Below, piece by piece: positions 10,496 to 19,789 of a stretch of DNA of 64,000 bases. Below the pieces are notes generated by a model. That model worked only from the letters and a program-made list of their open reading frames with translations, made no database searches and was not told the DNA's origin. The position numbers were made by a program, and so were the translations under genes. Position 1 is the stretch's first letter. The number at the start of each line of letters is the position of its first letter. This stretch comes from Longimicrobiales bacterium (GTDB taxonomy: Bacteria > Gemmatimonadota > Gemmatimonadetes > Longimicrobiales > Gaopeijiaceae): positions 224,001 to 288,000 of the forward strand of contig CAXXKM010000003.1 in the NCBI GenBank assembly GCA_963664435.2. Reading direction: 5' to 3'.

Positions 10496-10523
10496 AATCT
10501 ATGCGCTTCACCCGATGCGTCAA
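10496..10523 (-). promoter_or_regulatory. Putative sigma70 promoter for hisS (TTGACG-N16-TAGATT)
   Basis: Hexamers read on the - strand; the -10 box lies 7 nt upstream of the ATG. Confidence 0.55.
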
Positions 10524-11830
10524 ACCGGGAGAGGAGTCGGGAATGGCCGGATACCCAGCTCGCCGAGGGCGCTGCCGACCGTATGGCAGGATCCCGTGAC
10601 CACCGCCGTGCCGCCGTCCGCCCACTCGGCCGCTCTGGCCAGGGCGAGGCCGAAGTCCGCCTCAACCTCGAGCGCGAACCGTGGTGCGAGCGCAGCCGCG
10701 ACCTGCTCGGGCTTCCACCTCCGTTCCCGGGGTGCGGACGGGGGCTGGGTCAGGACGGCCGCGTCGGAGATCGAGAGGAGGCCCGGAAGCATGCCGCCCC
10801 AATCCTTGTCCCCCAGGATGCCGGCAAGAACCACGATCGGCCGCGGCGGACCGATCGACCGCAGGGTGGTGGCAAGCGTTTCCATTCCGGCGACGTTGTG
10901 CGCCACGTCGAAAACCCAGGTTGTGCCGCCTTGCCTCACCAACTGCACCCGACCCGGCCAGCTCACCCGCGCCAGGCCCCGCACGACCGCCTGCCGAGCG
11001 GGCCGCAACTCCTCCGGAAGCGACTCCAGCGCCCGCGCCGCGAGCGCCGCGTTGGTCGCCTGGTGCCCTCCCGCCAGGGGCACCGACAGATCGAGCTCCC
11101 CCCAGGCGGCGGAAGACATGCGAAAGCTCGTGCCCGCCCCCGAGAGCTCCAGGCTTCGCACGTCCCTGACCGGATCGAGCACGTGGAAGGGAGCGCCGGC
11201 CCGCTGCGCCCCGTCCCTCAGAATATCCAGGACGGGTCCGGCGGTCTCGCTGGTATGCACCGGGACACCCGGCTTGATGATCCCGGCCTTCTCCCGGGCA
11301 ATGTCCTCCACGGTGGTGCCCAGGTAGTCTGCGTGGTCGAGTGACACGTTGGTGATGCAGGTCACTGCCGGGACGATCACGTTGGTCGCGTCGAGACGCC
11401 CACCCAGCCCTACCTCCACCACCCCGATGTCGATTTCCCGATTGGCGAATACACCGAACGCCAGAGCGGTGGTCGCCTCGAAGAAGGTGGGTCCGATCCG
11501 GTCGACGGCCGCGTGCAGCCCGGCCGCCACCCCCGTCATGGCATCCGGCGCGACCGGGCGGCCGTCGACCTGGATGCGCTCGCGGAAGTCGCACAAGTGG
11601 GGGGACGTGTAGAGCCCGGTGCGCAGCCCGGCCTCCCGCAATACCTCGGCGCACATCGCCGCAACCGACCCCTTGCCGTTGGTCCCGCCGATGTGGATCG
11701 ACGGATAGGCGCATTGTGGCTCGCCCAGGGCCGCAAGCAGGGCCCGGGTGCGCTCGAGACCCCATTTGACCCCATGCCCCAGCCGCGGGAACAGCTCGTG
11801 CGTCGCGGGAGCCCCGGCCTTCAACGCCAC
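10520..11830 (-). CDS. folC: Folylpolyglutamate synthase/dihydrofolate synthase
   Basis: GTNGKGS, YTSPHL, EVGLGGRLDATN, WPGR, DVAHN. Confidence 0.95.
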   Translation of the reverse strand: MALKAGAPATHELFPRLGHGVKWGLERTRALLAALGEPQCAYPSIHIGGTNGKGSVAAMCAEVLREAGLRTGLYTSPHLCDFRERIQVDGRPVAPDAMTGVAAGLHAAVDRIGPTFFEATTALAFGVFANREIDIGVVEVGLGGRLDATNVIVPAVTCITNVSLDHADYLGTTVEDIAREKAGIIKPGVPVHTSETAGPVLDILRDGAQRAGAPFHVLDPVRDVRSLELSGAGTSFRMSSAAWGELDLSVPLAGGHQATNAALAARALESLPEELRPARQAVVRGLARVSWPGRVQLVRQGGTTWVFDVAHNVAGMETLATTLRSIGPPRPIVVLAGILGDKDWGGMLPGLLSISDAAVLTQPPSAPRERRWKPEQVAAALAPRFALEVEADFGLALARAAEWADGGTAVVTGSCHTVGSALGELGIRPFPTPLPV

Positions 11831-11867
11831 ATTCTCCGGAGGGTGTGGGGCCGCGCGCCGGCTGGCC

Positions 11868-12725
11868 TCAGCCCTGGGGCTTCCACCCCGCCCACATGTG
11901 CCGCAGCAGAAGTGCCACCGTGGCCTTCAACTCCTTGCGCGGTACGACGCAGTCGAGCATGCCGTGTTCGAGCAGAAACTCGGATCTCTGGAACCCGTCC
12001 GGCAGCTCCTGCCGGATCGTCTCCTCGATCACGCGAGGCCCCGCGAACCCGATGAAGGCGTCGGGTTCCGCGAGGTTGACGTCGCCCAGCATGGCGTAGG
12101 AGGCGGTCACCCCGCCCGCCGTCGGATTGGTGAGGATGGATATGTGGGGCAGACCGGCCTCGTGAAGCCTCGCCAGCAACGTTGCCGTCTTCGCCATCTG
12201 CATCAGCGACAGGATTCCTTCCTGCATTCGGGCTCCGCCGGAGGCGCTCACGACGACCAGGGGGACCTGTTCGCGCAGTGACCTGGCGATGATGCGGGCC
12301 AGCTTCTCCCCCACCACCGATCCCATCGATCCTCCGATGAAGGAAAAATCCATCACCGCCAGCGACACCGGGATGCCGTCCAGCTTGCCCGAACCGACCA
12401 CCATGGCCTCCGGTCGTCCCGCACGCTGTTCGGCCATCTGCACCCGGGCGGTGTAGGGCTTCGAGTCGACGAAGCCCAGGGGGTCGGCGCTGGCCAGCCC
12501 CGCGTGCTCCTCGCTGAAGGCGCCTTCGTCCAGCAGCAGCCGCAGGTAGTCCGAGGCCCCGAACCTGAAGTGGAATTCGCACTCCGGGCACACGGAGAGG
12601 TTCTGGGTGAGCTTCTCGCGATAGACGATCGCGCGGCAGCCCGGACACTTCTTGAAGACGTCGCTCGGAACATCCCGCCGGTCCTGCGCGCGTAACGGCT
12701 TCTTGGGCTTGTTGAACCAGGCCAT
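11868..12725 (-). CDS. accD: Acetyl-CoA carboxylase carboxyltransferase beta subunit
   Basis: CPGC...CPEC zinc finger, GGSMGSVVGEK, SGGARMQEG, GFAGPRVI. Confidence 0.97.
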   Translation of the reverse strand: MAWFNKPKKPLRAQDRRDVPSDVFKKCPGCRAIVYREKLTQNLSVCPECEFHFRFGASDYLRLLLDEGAFSEEHAGLASADPLGFVDSKPYTARVQMAEQRAGRPEAMVVGSGKLDGIPVSLAVMDFSFIGGSMGSVVGEKLARIIARSLREQVPLVVVSASGGARMQEGILSLMQMAKTATLLARLHEAGLPHISILTNPTAGGVTASYAMLGDVNLAEPDAFIGFAGPRVIEETIRQELPDGFQRSEFLLEHGMLDCVVPRKELKATVALLLRHMWAGWKPQG

Positions 12726-12779
12726 GGCTTGCTTTCGTCGGCGTTGCTCTCGAGTTGGCCGCGCGGATGGCGCGACCCC

Positions 12780-14036
12780 TCAGTCCCGCCGGGCGACGCG
12801 CACGGCGAGCGCCGCGGCCACCCAGCACATCAGCAGAAAGGAACCCCCATAGCTGATGAACGGAAGGGGAATGCCGGTGACCGGGACCAGCCCGACGGTC
12901 ATTCCGGTGTTCACGAAGACGTGCGTAATCCAGGCGCCGAAGATACCGAAGAGGACGAAGCTTGCAAAGTGACTGACGGCTCCGGTCGCCATGCGGATGA
13001 GCCGGAGCAGGACGTAGGCGAAGCCGGACAGGACCAGCAGCGTGCCCACGAAGCCGAACTCCTCCCCGATCACCGCGAAGATGAAATCGGTATGCTGCTC
13101 GGGCAAAAAGTTGAACCGCTTCTGGGTGCCCAGCGTAAACCCCTTGCCGGTCAGCCCTCCGCTGCCAATGGCGACCTTCGACTGGACCAGGTGGTAGCCC
13201 GCCTGCCGTGGATCGAGACCGGGATCCAGAAACACGAGCACCCGGTTCTGCTGGTAGGGGGCCAGCGAGTCCCAGAGGAGCCGCGCGACCGTGCCCACGG
13301 CCAGATTGAACAGGAGCACCGCCACGTACTCGAAAGTGTAGAGGCGCGAGCGCCGCAGATAGAGCAGCCCGATGAGCGCCACCATGTACGCCGAGAACAG
13401 CCAGGTGTTGAAGGAGACGATCAGCGCGATGGCCGGGCTCACCAGCAGGAACAGGTAGGTCAGCGGAATCCCGGACCAGAAGAGCACGGCAATCAATATG
13501 CCCACGAAGGCCATCGCGGTCCCCAGATCCGGCTGGAGGAGCACCAGGAGCAGAGGGAGCCCGACCAGCGCGCAGGGCGCGATCACGTCGGCCAGCTGCC
13601 ATGATCTCCGGGAACCATGTCCGGGCGCTTCCACGCGCGACGCCATGAGGCGCGCAACGGCGAGGATGGTGGCAATCTTGGCGACCTCGGCCGGCTGGAA
13701 CTGAAAGCCCCCGAACTGCAGGAAGCTCGTTACTCCGGTCGCGGTGCCGCGGCCGGTGCCCACGACCAACGTGACGGCCAACAGAACTACCGCCAGAACA
13801 TAGGCGGGCACCGCAACCCACTCGATCCAGTTGGTGGAGATGCGGGTAATGACGGTGAAGGCCGTCAGCCCGAACACGAACCAGACCAGCTGACGGATCC
13901 AGGCACCCTCGACGACGGGGCTGGGCACGTTGAGCTGGCCCGTCGAATAGATCATCGCCACGCCGAAGAGGGAGAGCGCGAGCAGGGCGAGAATGAGGCG
14001 GCTGTCGAGGGCCCAGCGCGAGAACAGGGTCTTCAA
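12780..14036 (-). CDS. rodA: Rod shape-determining SEDS glycosyltransferase RodA
   Basis: FQPAEVAK, LQPDLGTA, IGSGGLTGKG, FLPEQHTDFIF, PFISYGGS; downstream of mrdA. Confidence 0.95.
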   Translation of the reverse strand: MKTLFSRWALDSRLILALLALSLFGVAMIYSTGQLNVPSPVVEGAWIRQLVWFVFGLTAFTVITRISTNWIEWVAVPAYVLAVVLLAVTLVVGTGRGTATGVTSFLQFGGFQFQPAEVAKIATILAVARLMASRVEAPGHGSRRSWQLADVIAPCALVGLPLLLVLLQPDLGTAMAFVGILIAVLFWSGIPLTYLFLLVSPAIALIVSFNTWLFSAYMVALIGLLYLRRSRLYTFEYVAVLLFNLAVGTVARLLWDSLAPYQQNRVLVFLDPGLDPRQAGYHLVQSKVAIGSGGLTGKGFTLGTQKRFNFLPEQHTDFIFAVIGEEFGFVGTLLVLSGFAYVLLRLIRMATGAVSHFASFVLFGIFGAWITHVFVNTGMTVGLVPVTGIPLPFISYGGSFLLMCWVAAALAVRVARRD

Positions 14037-14064
14037 GGGATGAGTTCCGGCGGGGTGCGCAGGG

Positions 14065-15909
14065 TCACCAGTTCGCCCAGCGAGCAGGCGTGCCGGTCAT
14101 CAGGTGTTCGCGCAGCGTCTGGATGGTATCGGTCGGGATGCCGTAGCGCTTGCGCAGGAAGTAGTCCGCTGACTTGGCGGCGAGCGGGGCCGCCACGATG
14201 GATCCGCTTTCCCCGAGCTCCACCAGCACGACCACGACGATCTCCGGCTGCTCCTCCCGGGGGCCCGCCATTGCCGCGAACCACGCGTGGCTGCGCTGCG
14301 GGTCCTGTGCGTTCTGGGCGGTGCCCGACTTGCCCAGCAGCTCCCAGTGCTCGACCGAGGACAGATGCGCCGTGCCTCCCGGCATGAAGACCCGCCTGAG
14401 CCCCTCCATCAGAACCTCGCCCTGCTCCGTTGAAATCCCGATGTCCCAGGTGTCGCCCGCTTCCTCCCCGTGCAGGATCCGTGGCGCGGGAGCCTGACCG
14501 CCCCGGGCCATGGCGAGGTAGAACTGGGCGATCCCCAGGGGGGTCTGGTCGTTGGGTCCCTGCCCGATCGCCAGGGACAATACCTCCGTTTCCACCGCGC
14601 GATACCCGAACCGCTCCTCCCAGAAGCCCAGACCGCTCGGAAACACCCCCGGAGACTCACGGGGCAGGTCGATGCCGCACTGGCGCGCAAAGCCCATTTC
14701 GTTCGCGTTGGCCAGAAGACGCTCCAGCCCGATCCGGAGGCCCAGCTGGTAGAAGTAGACGTTGCAGGAGTGCTGGATGGCCTGCACGAGATTGAGCGCT
14801 CCGTGGCCGGACTCTTGCCAGCAACCGAACCTGGCGCTGCCGACGAACATCGCTCCGGTGCACCCCCGCGGCATGTATTCGTTCGCTTCCACAAGGCCGA
14901 GCTTCAGCCCGATCGCCGCGACCGCGAGCTTCCACGTGGACCCCGGGGCGTAGCGTCCCACGACCGCGCGATTGAAGAGGGGCTGTTCGGGGTCGCTGTT
15001 GAGAGATGCCCACTGGTCGGGTTCGATCCCACCCACGAAGCTGTTGGGGTCGAAGGTCGGAGCCGAGTAGAGGGCGAGGACGCCGCCATCCTCGACATCC
15101 AGCGCCACTACGGCGCCGCGCATGGAGTCGGGGAAGATGTGGTGGATCCACTCCATCAGATCCAGGTCGATATTGAGGTGGATATCCACCCCGGGCTCGG
15201 GTGCTTCCACGACCTGACCGAAAGGAGAGCTGACGACCCGGCCCAGCGCGTCGACTTCCGAATAGCGCAGGCCGCGCTTCCCCTGAAGCCGGGCTTCGTA
15301 CTGCCGCTCCACCCCCTCCTTGCCCACCGTCATGCCCTGCGAGTACTCGGAGTATTGTTCCTGCTCCAATTCATCTGCGGTGACTTCGCCCACATACCCC
15401 ATCAGGTGGGAGACCGCCCGCGCAGCCTGGTACCGGCGCTTCGGATCCATCCGGACCACGACGTTCGGCAACTCCGCGCGGTGCTCCTCGAGCGTGGAGA
15501 CGAGATCGAAATCGGCGTCGCCCTCCACCAGAAGCGGCTGATAGGGTTCGCGTCGGGCACGCTCGAGCAGCAGCTCGATCCTCGCATCGTCCAGATCGAG
15601 GTACGATTGCAGGCGTTCGAGCGTGGTCTCCATGACGCCGGAAGTCGCCGAAGGGAACACGTGCAGCGAATAGCCGGGAACGCTGCTCGCAACGACCCGG
15701 CCGGTCCGGTCGAAGACGGCCCCGCGGGGAGCCGCAATGGGGAACGGCCGGAGCCGGTTCGAGTCCGAGCGAAGTTCGTAGGTGTTGGACTCGAGCACCT
15801 GGAGCCGGAAGAAGGCGACGGTGAGAACTCCGAAGAGCGTCATGAGTCCGATGATGGCGATGCGGGTGCGCCGCGACGCCCCTGGGTTGGGCACCTGGAA
15901 CTGATTCAT
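14065..15909 (-). CDS. mrdA: Penicillin-binding protein 2
   Basis: N-terminal TM, APRG..DR, SxxK (STWK), SxN (SCN), KSGTAQ; start ATG 15909. Confidence 0.94.
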   Translation of the reverse strand: MNQFQVPNPGASRRTRIAIIGLMTLFGVLTVAFFRLQVLESNTYELRSDSNRLRPFPIAAPRGAVFDRTGRVVASSVPGYSLHVFPSATSGVMETTLERLQSYLDLDDARIELLLERARREPYQPLLVEGDADFDLVSTLEEHRAELPNVVVRMDPKRRYQAARAVSHLMGYVGEVTADELEQEQYSEYSQGMTVGKEGVERQYEARLQGKRGLRYSEVDALGRVVSSPFGQVVEAPEPGVDIHLNIDLDLMEWIHHIFPDSMRGAVVALDVEDGGVLALYSAPTFDPNSFVGGIEPDQWASLNSDPEQPLFNRAVVGRYAPGSTWKLAVAAIGLKLGLVEANEYMPRGCTGAMFVGSARFGCWQESGHGALNLVQAIQHSCNVYFYQLGLRIGLERLLANANEMGFARQCGIDLPRESPGVFPSGLGFWEERFGYRAVETEVLSLAIGQGPNDQTPLGIAQFYLAMARGGQAPAPRILHGEEAGDTWDIGISTEQGEVLMEGLRRVFMPGGTAHLSSVEHWELLGKSGTAQNAQDPQRSHAWFAAMAGPREEQPEIVVVVLVELGESGSIVAAPLAAKSADYFLRKRYGIPTDTIQTLREHLMTGTPARWANW

Positions 15910-16430
15910 GACTCGCTCTCGCTGAAAGGACCGACAAGCCTCACGATGAGCACGCCCACCAGGGCGGCATAGAGCGCCGCCGGCACCGCAGCGAAAACCA
16001 TCGGTTCGATGAACCCGCTCCTGACCCCGGCCGCGTGCTGCAGGATCCAGTGGATGAAGTCGCGCAGCCACTTGCCGGCGACAAAGTAGACAATGTGGAA
16101 GGAAAGCGACGTGGTGGAAACGAAGAACGCCCGGGTCTGCACGCCCAGAATGCCCACCAGGGTCATCGCTACGGTGTTCGCGCCGAAGGCCACGAGCGTG
16201 AACGCGTCCTCCAGCATGCCAAGGGTAAAGCCGACACATGCAGCAGTGCCGGATCGGACCCTGCGAACGTGGAGCAGGAGTGCGACGGTCAACAGATCAG
16301 GCGCTCCGGCGCCCACCCCCAGGCCGAGCCGCAGAACGAAATGGAAGAAGACCAGAATCAGCGTGAGGGCCACGGCCGCGCCCGACCCGATGCCGAGCCG
16401 CGGGGTGCCGGTAAGCGGACGCTCAGCCAC
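15906..16430 (-). CDS. mreD: Rod shape-determining protein MreD
   Basis: Hydrophobic protein with PDLL and GFTLGMLED motifs, between mreC and mrdA; GTG start inferred. Confidence 0.85.
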   Translation of the reverse strand: MAERPLTGTPRLGIGSGAAVALTLILVFFHFVLRLGLGVGAGAPDLLTVALLLHVRRVRSGTAACVGFTLGMLEDAFTLVAFGANTVAMTLVGILGVQTRAFFVSTTSLSFHIVYFVAGKWLRDFIHWILQHAAGVRSGFIEPMVFAAVPAALYAALVGVLIVRLVGPFSESES

Positions 16431-17364
16431 TGCCGTCGGTAGCAGGCGCGCTGCCCGGCCCGCCCTCGCTGGCGGAGTCCGGGATCGGTGACCTTCCTGC
16501 CGGAAACAGGCTGGACAGGTCCGCTTCGCCCTCCGGTCCGGGTCCGTGGGAAACGCCGACCAGCGCGTGCGTGACCGAGGCGGGATGTACCGTCGGGTAC
16601 ACCCAGTAACTCCGGTGCCATCCCTCTTCGACCTCGGCCAGCCCTCCGACCCGGCCCACGGGCACGCCGCGCGGATAGACACCCCCGCGTCCGCTGGTAA
16701 CCACCAGCGTGCCGTCCGCAAGGACGTCGAAATAGGGGATGCCGGTCAGGATGAGTCGCTCGGCTCCCCCGAAAGTGGCCGGTTCCGGTGCGACGATGCC
16801 GTACAGCTCGCCGTCCTCCGACATGACCGAGGCCCGAAAGTCCGGGTGCGACCAGTCCATGCCGATTGAAAGCGAAGGGTGGGCTTCGAGAACCCGGCCA
16901 GCCAGCCCCTCGGCGGTGATGACGGGGGACAGGGCATGGACGCCCTGTTCGGAGCCGAGGTCGAGCACGATCGTGCTCTGGGAACCCAGGTTCCCCGGGC
17001 GGTGCACGCTCACCGCGCGATAAGACCGCTCCACCAGCGGCGCCAGTCCGATCAGGACGCGCAGACGCCGGTTCTCCTCTATCGCCGGCGCGTTGTTTGC
17101 AACCCAGGCGCGCAGGGAGTCCACTTCTGCCCGCAGCATGTCCGCCTCGCGCCCTATCGAGCGGGCCGCGGTCAGCGCGCTCCGGATGTCCACGAACGGG
17201 CGCAGCAGGGTGAGGCGAATCCCGGACGCGATGCTCTGCTGGGGCCCCGTGGGAATCAGGTAGAAGAACAAGCCGACCAGCAGGCAGGCGACCGCCAGAA
17301 GGAACTGTCTCCGCAGTCCGTTACCGCTGGCACCGCCGTATTCCCGCATCAACCCCACCCGCAC
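16423..17364 (-). CDS. mreC: Rod shape-determining protein MreC
   Basis: TM + coiled coil (EENRRLR), LDLGSEQGV, VTSGRGGVYPRGVPVG. Confidence 0.9.
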   Translation of the reverse strand: MRVGLMREYGGASGNGLRRQFLLAVACLLVGLFFYLIPTGPQQSIASGIRLTLLRPFVDIRSALTAARSIGREADMLRAEVDSLRAWVANNAPAIEENRRLRVLIGLAPLVERSYRAVSVHRPGNLGSQSTIVLDLGSEQGVHALSPVITAEGLAGRVLEAHPSLSIGMDWSHPDFRASVMSEDGELYGIVAPEPATFGGAERLILTGIPYFDVLADGTLVVTSGRGGVYPRGVPVGRVGGLAEVEEGWHRSYWVYPTVHPASVTHALVGVSHGPGPEGEADLSSLFPAGRSPIPDSASEGGPGSAPATDGSG

Positions 17365-17422
17365 GGGCTCAGGGCCTGCGCTGCTGCCTCGACCACTCCG
17401 GAAACCGGTGGCCGATCAACGG

Positions 17423-18466
17423 TCAAGCCGTCAGGATCTTACGAAACGTGTGCAGATCCTCCAGTATCCGGCCCGCGCCCCGCACGACACAGGTCAGAGG
17501 GTCTTCGTCAACATGCACGGCCAAGTTGGTCTCGAACGTGATCAGCTGGTCGAGGCCCTGGATCATCGCGCCGCCACCGGTCATCAGCAGACCTCTGTCC
17601 ACGATGTCCGCCGAGAGCTCCGGGGGCGTCGACTCGAGCGCGCGGCGCACGGCGTCCACGATGGCTCTGATCGGCTCCTGGATCCACTCGCGGACTTCGG
17701 ATGAGCCGATGCGGATCATCTTGGGCATCCCGCTGACCAGATCCCGACCCTTGACGTCCATCTCCTGCTCCTCGCCGGTATCGAAGGCGGAGCCGATCTG
17801 GATCTTGATCATTTCGGCGGTGGATTCTCCGATGAGCAGCTTGTAATGCCTGCGCATGGAGTCTTCGATCGCGTGATCGATCTTGTCGCCGCCCACGCGG
17901 ATCGAGGAGTTGGCGACAACGCCGGAAAGGCAGATCACGGCGATCTCCGTGGTGCCGCCCCCGATGTCGATCACCATGTTGCCGGTCGGCGACTCGATGG
18001 GAAGGCCCATGCCCACGGCGGCGGCGACCGGCTCCACCACCATGTACACCGACTTCGCGCCCGCCATCAGCGCCGACGAGCGGACCGCGCGCCGCTCGAG
18101 CTCGGTGATGCCCGAAGGGACGCCCACCACCACGCGCGGCTTCATCCGGAACATGCGCCGGGACGTGACTCGTTTCAGGAAGTGACGCAACATCATCTCG
18201 GTGATGTCGACATCCGCGATCACGCCGTCCTTCAGGGGTCGAATCGCCTCGATGTCCCCCGGGGTGCGTCCCAGCATGCGTTTGGCGTCGAGACCGATCC
18301 CCAGGATCTTGCGCGAGTTCGTTTCCACGGCGACCACGCAGGGCTCGTTCACCACAACCCCCTCGCCCCGGACGTATACGAGCGTATTGGCGGTTCCCAG
18401 GTCCACTGCAATGTCATGGACCGGAACGAGGCTTCGGCGTGGCTTGAACCAACTTGAAAAAAGCAC
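17423..18466 (-). CDS. mreB: Actin-like rod shape-determining protein MreB
   Basis: DLGTANT, RPLKDGVIAD, DIGGGTTE, TGGGA. Confidence 0.97.
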   Translation of the reverse strand: MLFSSWFKPRRSLVPVHDIAVDLGTANTLVYVRGEGVVVNEPCVVAVETNSRKILGIGLDAKRMLGRTPGDIEAIRPLKDGVIADVDITEMMLRHFLKRVTSRRMFRMKPRVVVGVPSGITELERRAVRSSALMAGAKSVYMVVEPVAAAVGMGLPIESPTGNMVIDIGGGTTEIAVICLSGVVANSSIRVGGDKIDHAIEDSMRRHYKLLIGESTAEMIKIQIGSAFDTGEEQEMDVKGRDLVSGMPKMIRIGSSEVREWIQEPIRAIVDAVRRALESTPPELSADIVDRGLLMTGGGAMIQGLDQLITFETNLAVHVDEDPLTCVVRGAGRILEDLHTFRKILTA

Positions 18467-18551
18467 TCTAACTCTTTGTTTTACGATAGTTTAGGGTAGA
18501 TGTGCGCCCAAGAGGCAAACGGACTCCGGCCAACCCCCGGAAAGCCCCCGC

Positions 18552-18580
18552 ATCTTAAGTTGCGGCGTGATCAGGAGCAA
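18552..18580 (-). promoter_or_regulatory. Putative sigma70 promoter for the mreB operon (TTGCTC-N17-TAAGAT)
   Basis: Hexamers with a 17-nt spacer in the ald-mreB gap. Confidence 0.55.
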
Positions 18581-18636
18581 GATTCGGGGTCTGCTTCCGG
18601 GGAAGTAGTCGATGGGCCTCCGTCTCCCGACACGGG

Positions 18637-19749
18637 TCAGAAACAGCTTTCGAGCGGCGTGTGTTGCATACCAAAGGCATCCGCCACCGCGGCGTGAACA
18701 ACCTCCCCCCGGACCACGTTCAGACCACGGGCAAGGGCAGGATTGCGGCGACAGGCATCCTGCCAGCCCCGGTCCGCCAGCTCCAGGACACAGGGCAGCG
18801 TGGCGTTCGTCAGAGCCAGCGTGCTCGTTCGGGGCACGCTGCCCGGAATGTTGGTGACACCGTAGTGGATCACGCCGTTGAGCACGTAGGTGGGGGCTTC
18901 ATGGGTGGTTGGCCGAATGGTCTCCACGCATCCGCCCTGATCCACGGATACGTCCACGATGACCGACCCGGGACGCATGGTTGCCAGGTCCTCCTCAAAC
19001 ACCAGGAACGGGGTCCGGGCGCCGGGCAGGAGCACCGCCCCGATGATCAGGTCCGAATCGCGCAACTGTTTGCGCACCGCGTAGCGCGTCGAATAGAGGG
19101 GATGGACGCCCGCAGGCATCACGTCCGCCAGATACCGGAGCCTGGAAAGTGACGTGTCCAGAACGGAAACACGCGCTCCCAGCCCTGCGGCCACCCTGGC
19201 CGCCTGGGTACCCACGACGCCGCCACCCAGAATCAGCACCTTGCCCGGCATGACCCCCGGCACACCCCCGATGAGGATTCCGCTGCCGCCCGACGGGCGC
19301 GTCAGGTGCCGCACGCCCTCCTGCACCGCCATTCTGCCGGCAACCTCGCTCATCGGCGTAAGCAGGGGCAGCGCGCCCTTTTCCGTGGCCACCGTCTCGT
19401 ACGCGATGGCCACCGTGCCGGACGCCCTGACCGCCCGGGTGAGGGCCTCCGACGCCGCAAAGTGAAAATAGGTGAAGACGATCTGCCCCTCGCGCATTTC
19501 GGCCCATTCTTCCGGGAGGGGTTCCTTCACCTTCACGATCATCGTGGCGCGCGCCCACAGCTCACGCGCGCTGTCCACCACCTGCGCGCCCGCCCGCTGG
19601 TAGAAGTCGTCGGTAAAGCCGCTGGCCAGACCGGCGCCCTTCTCGATCAGCACCTGATGGCCCGCCTGGGCGAGGGCTTCCACACCCGCCGGAACCATAG
19701 CGACCCGGTACTCATGCGTCTTGCGCTCGGCGGGAACGCCGATCAGCAT
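18637..19749 (-). CDS. ald: Alanine dehydrogenase
   Basis: MLIGVPAERK, VKVKEP, PMSEVAGR, GGGVVG, DQGGC. Confidence 0.93.
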   Translation of the reverse strand: MLIGVPAERKTHEYRVAMVPAGVEALAQAGHQVLIEKGAGLASGFTDDFYQRAGAQVVDSARELWARATMIVKVKEPLPEEWAEMREGQIVFTYFHFAASEALTRAVRASGTVAIAYETVATEKGALPLLTPMSEVAGRMAVQEGVRHLTRPSGGSGILIGGVPGVMPGKVLILGGGVVGTQAARVAAGLGARVSVLDTSLSRLRYLADVMPAGVHPLYSTRYAVRKQLRDSDLIIGAVLLPGARTPFLVFEEDLATMRPGSVIVDVSVDQGGCVETIRPTTHEAPTYVLNGVIHYGVTNIPGSVPRTSTLALTNATLPCVLELADRGWQDACRRNPALARGLNVVRGEVVHAAVADAFGMQHTPLESCF

Positions 19750-19789
19750 GGCTCCGGCAGTCCGCGGGCTGCGAGCATGCGGTGCGGCT

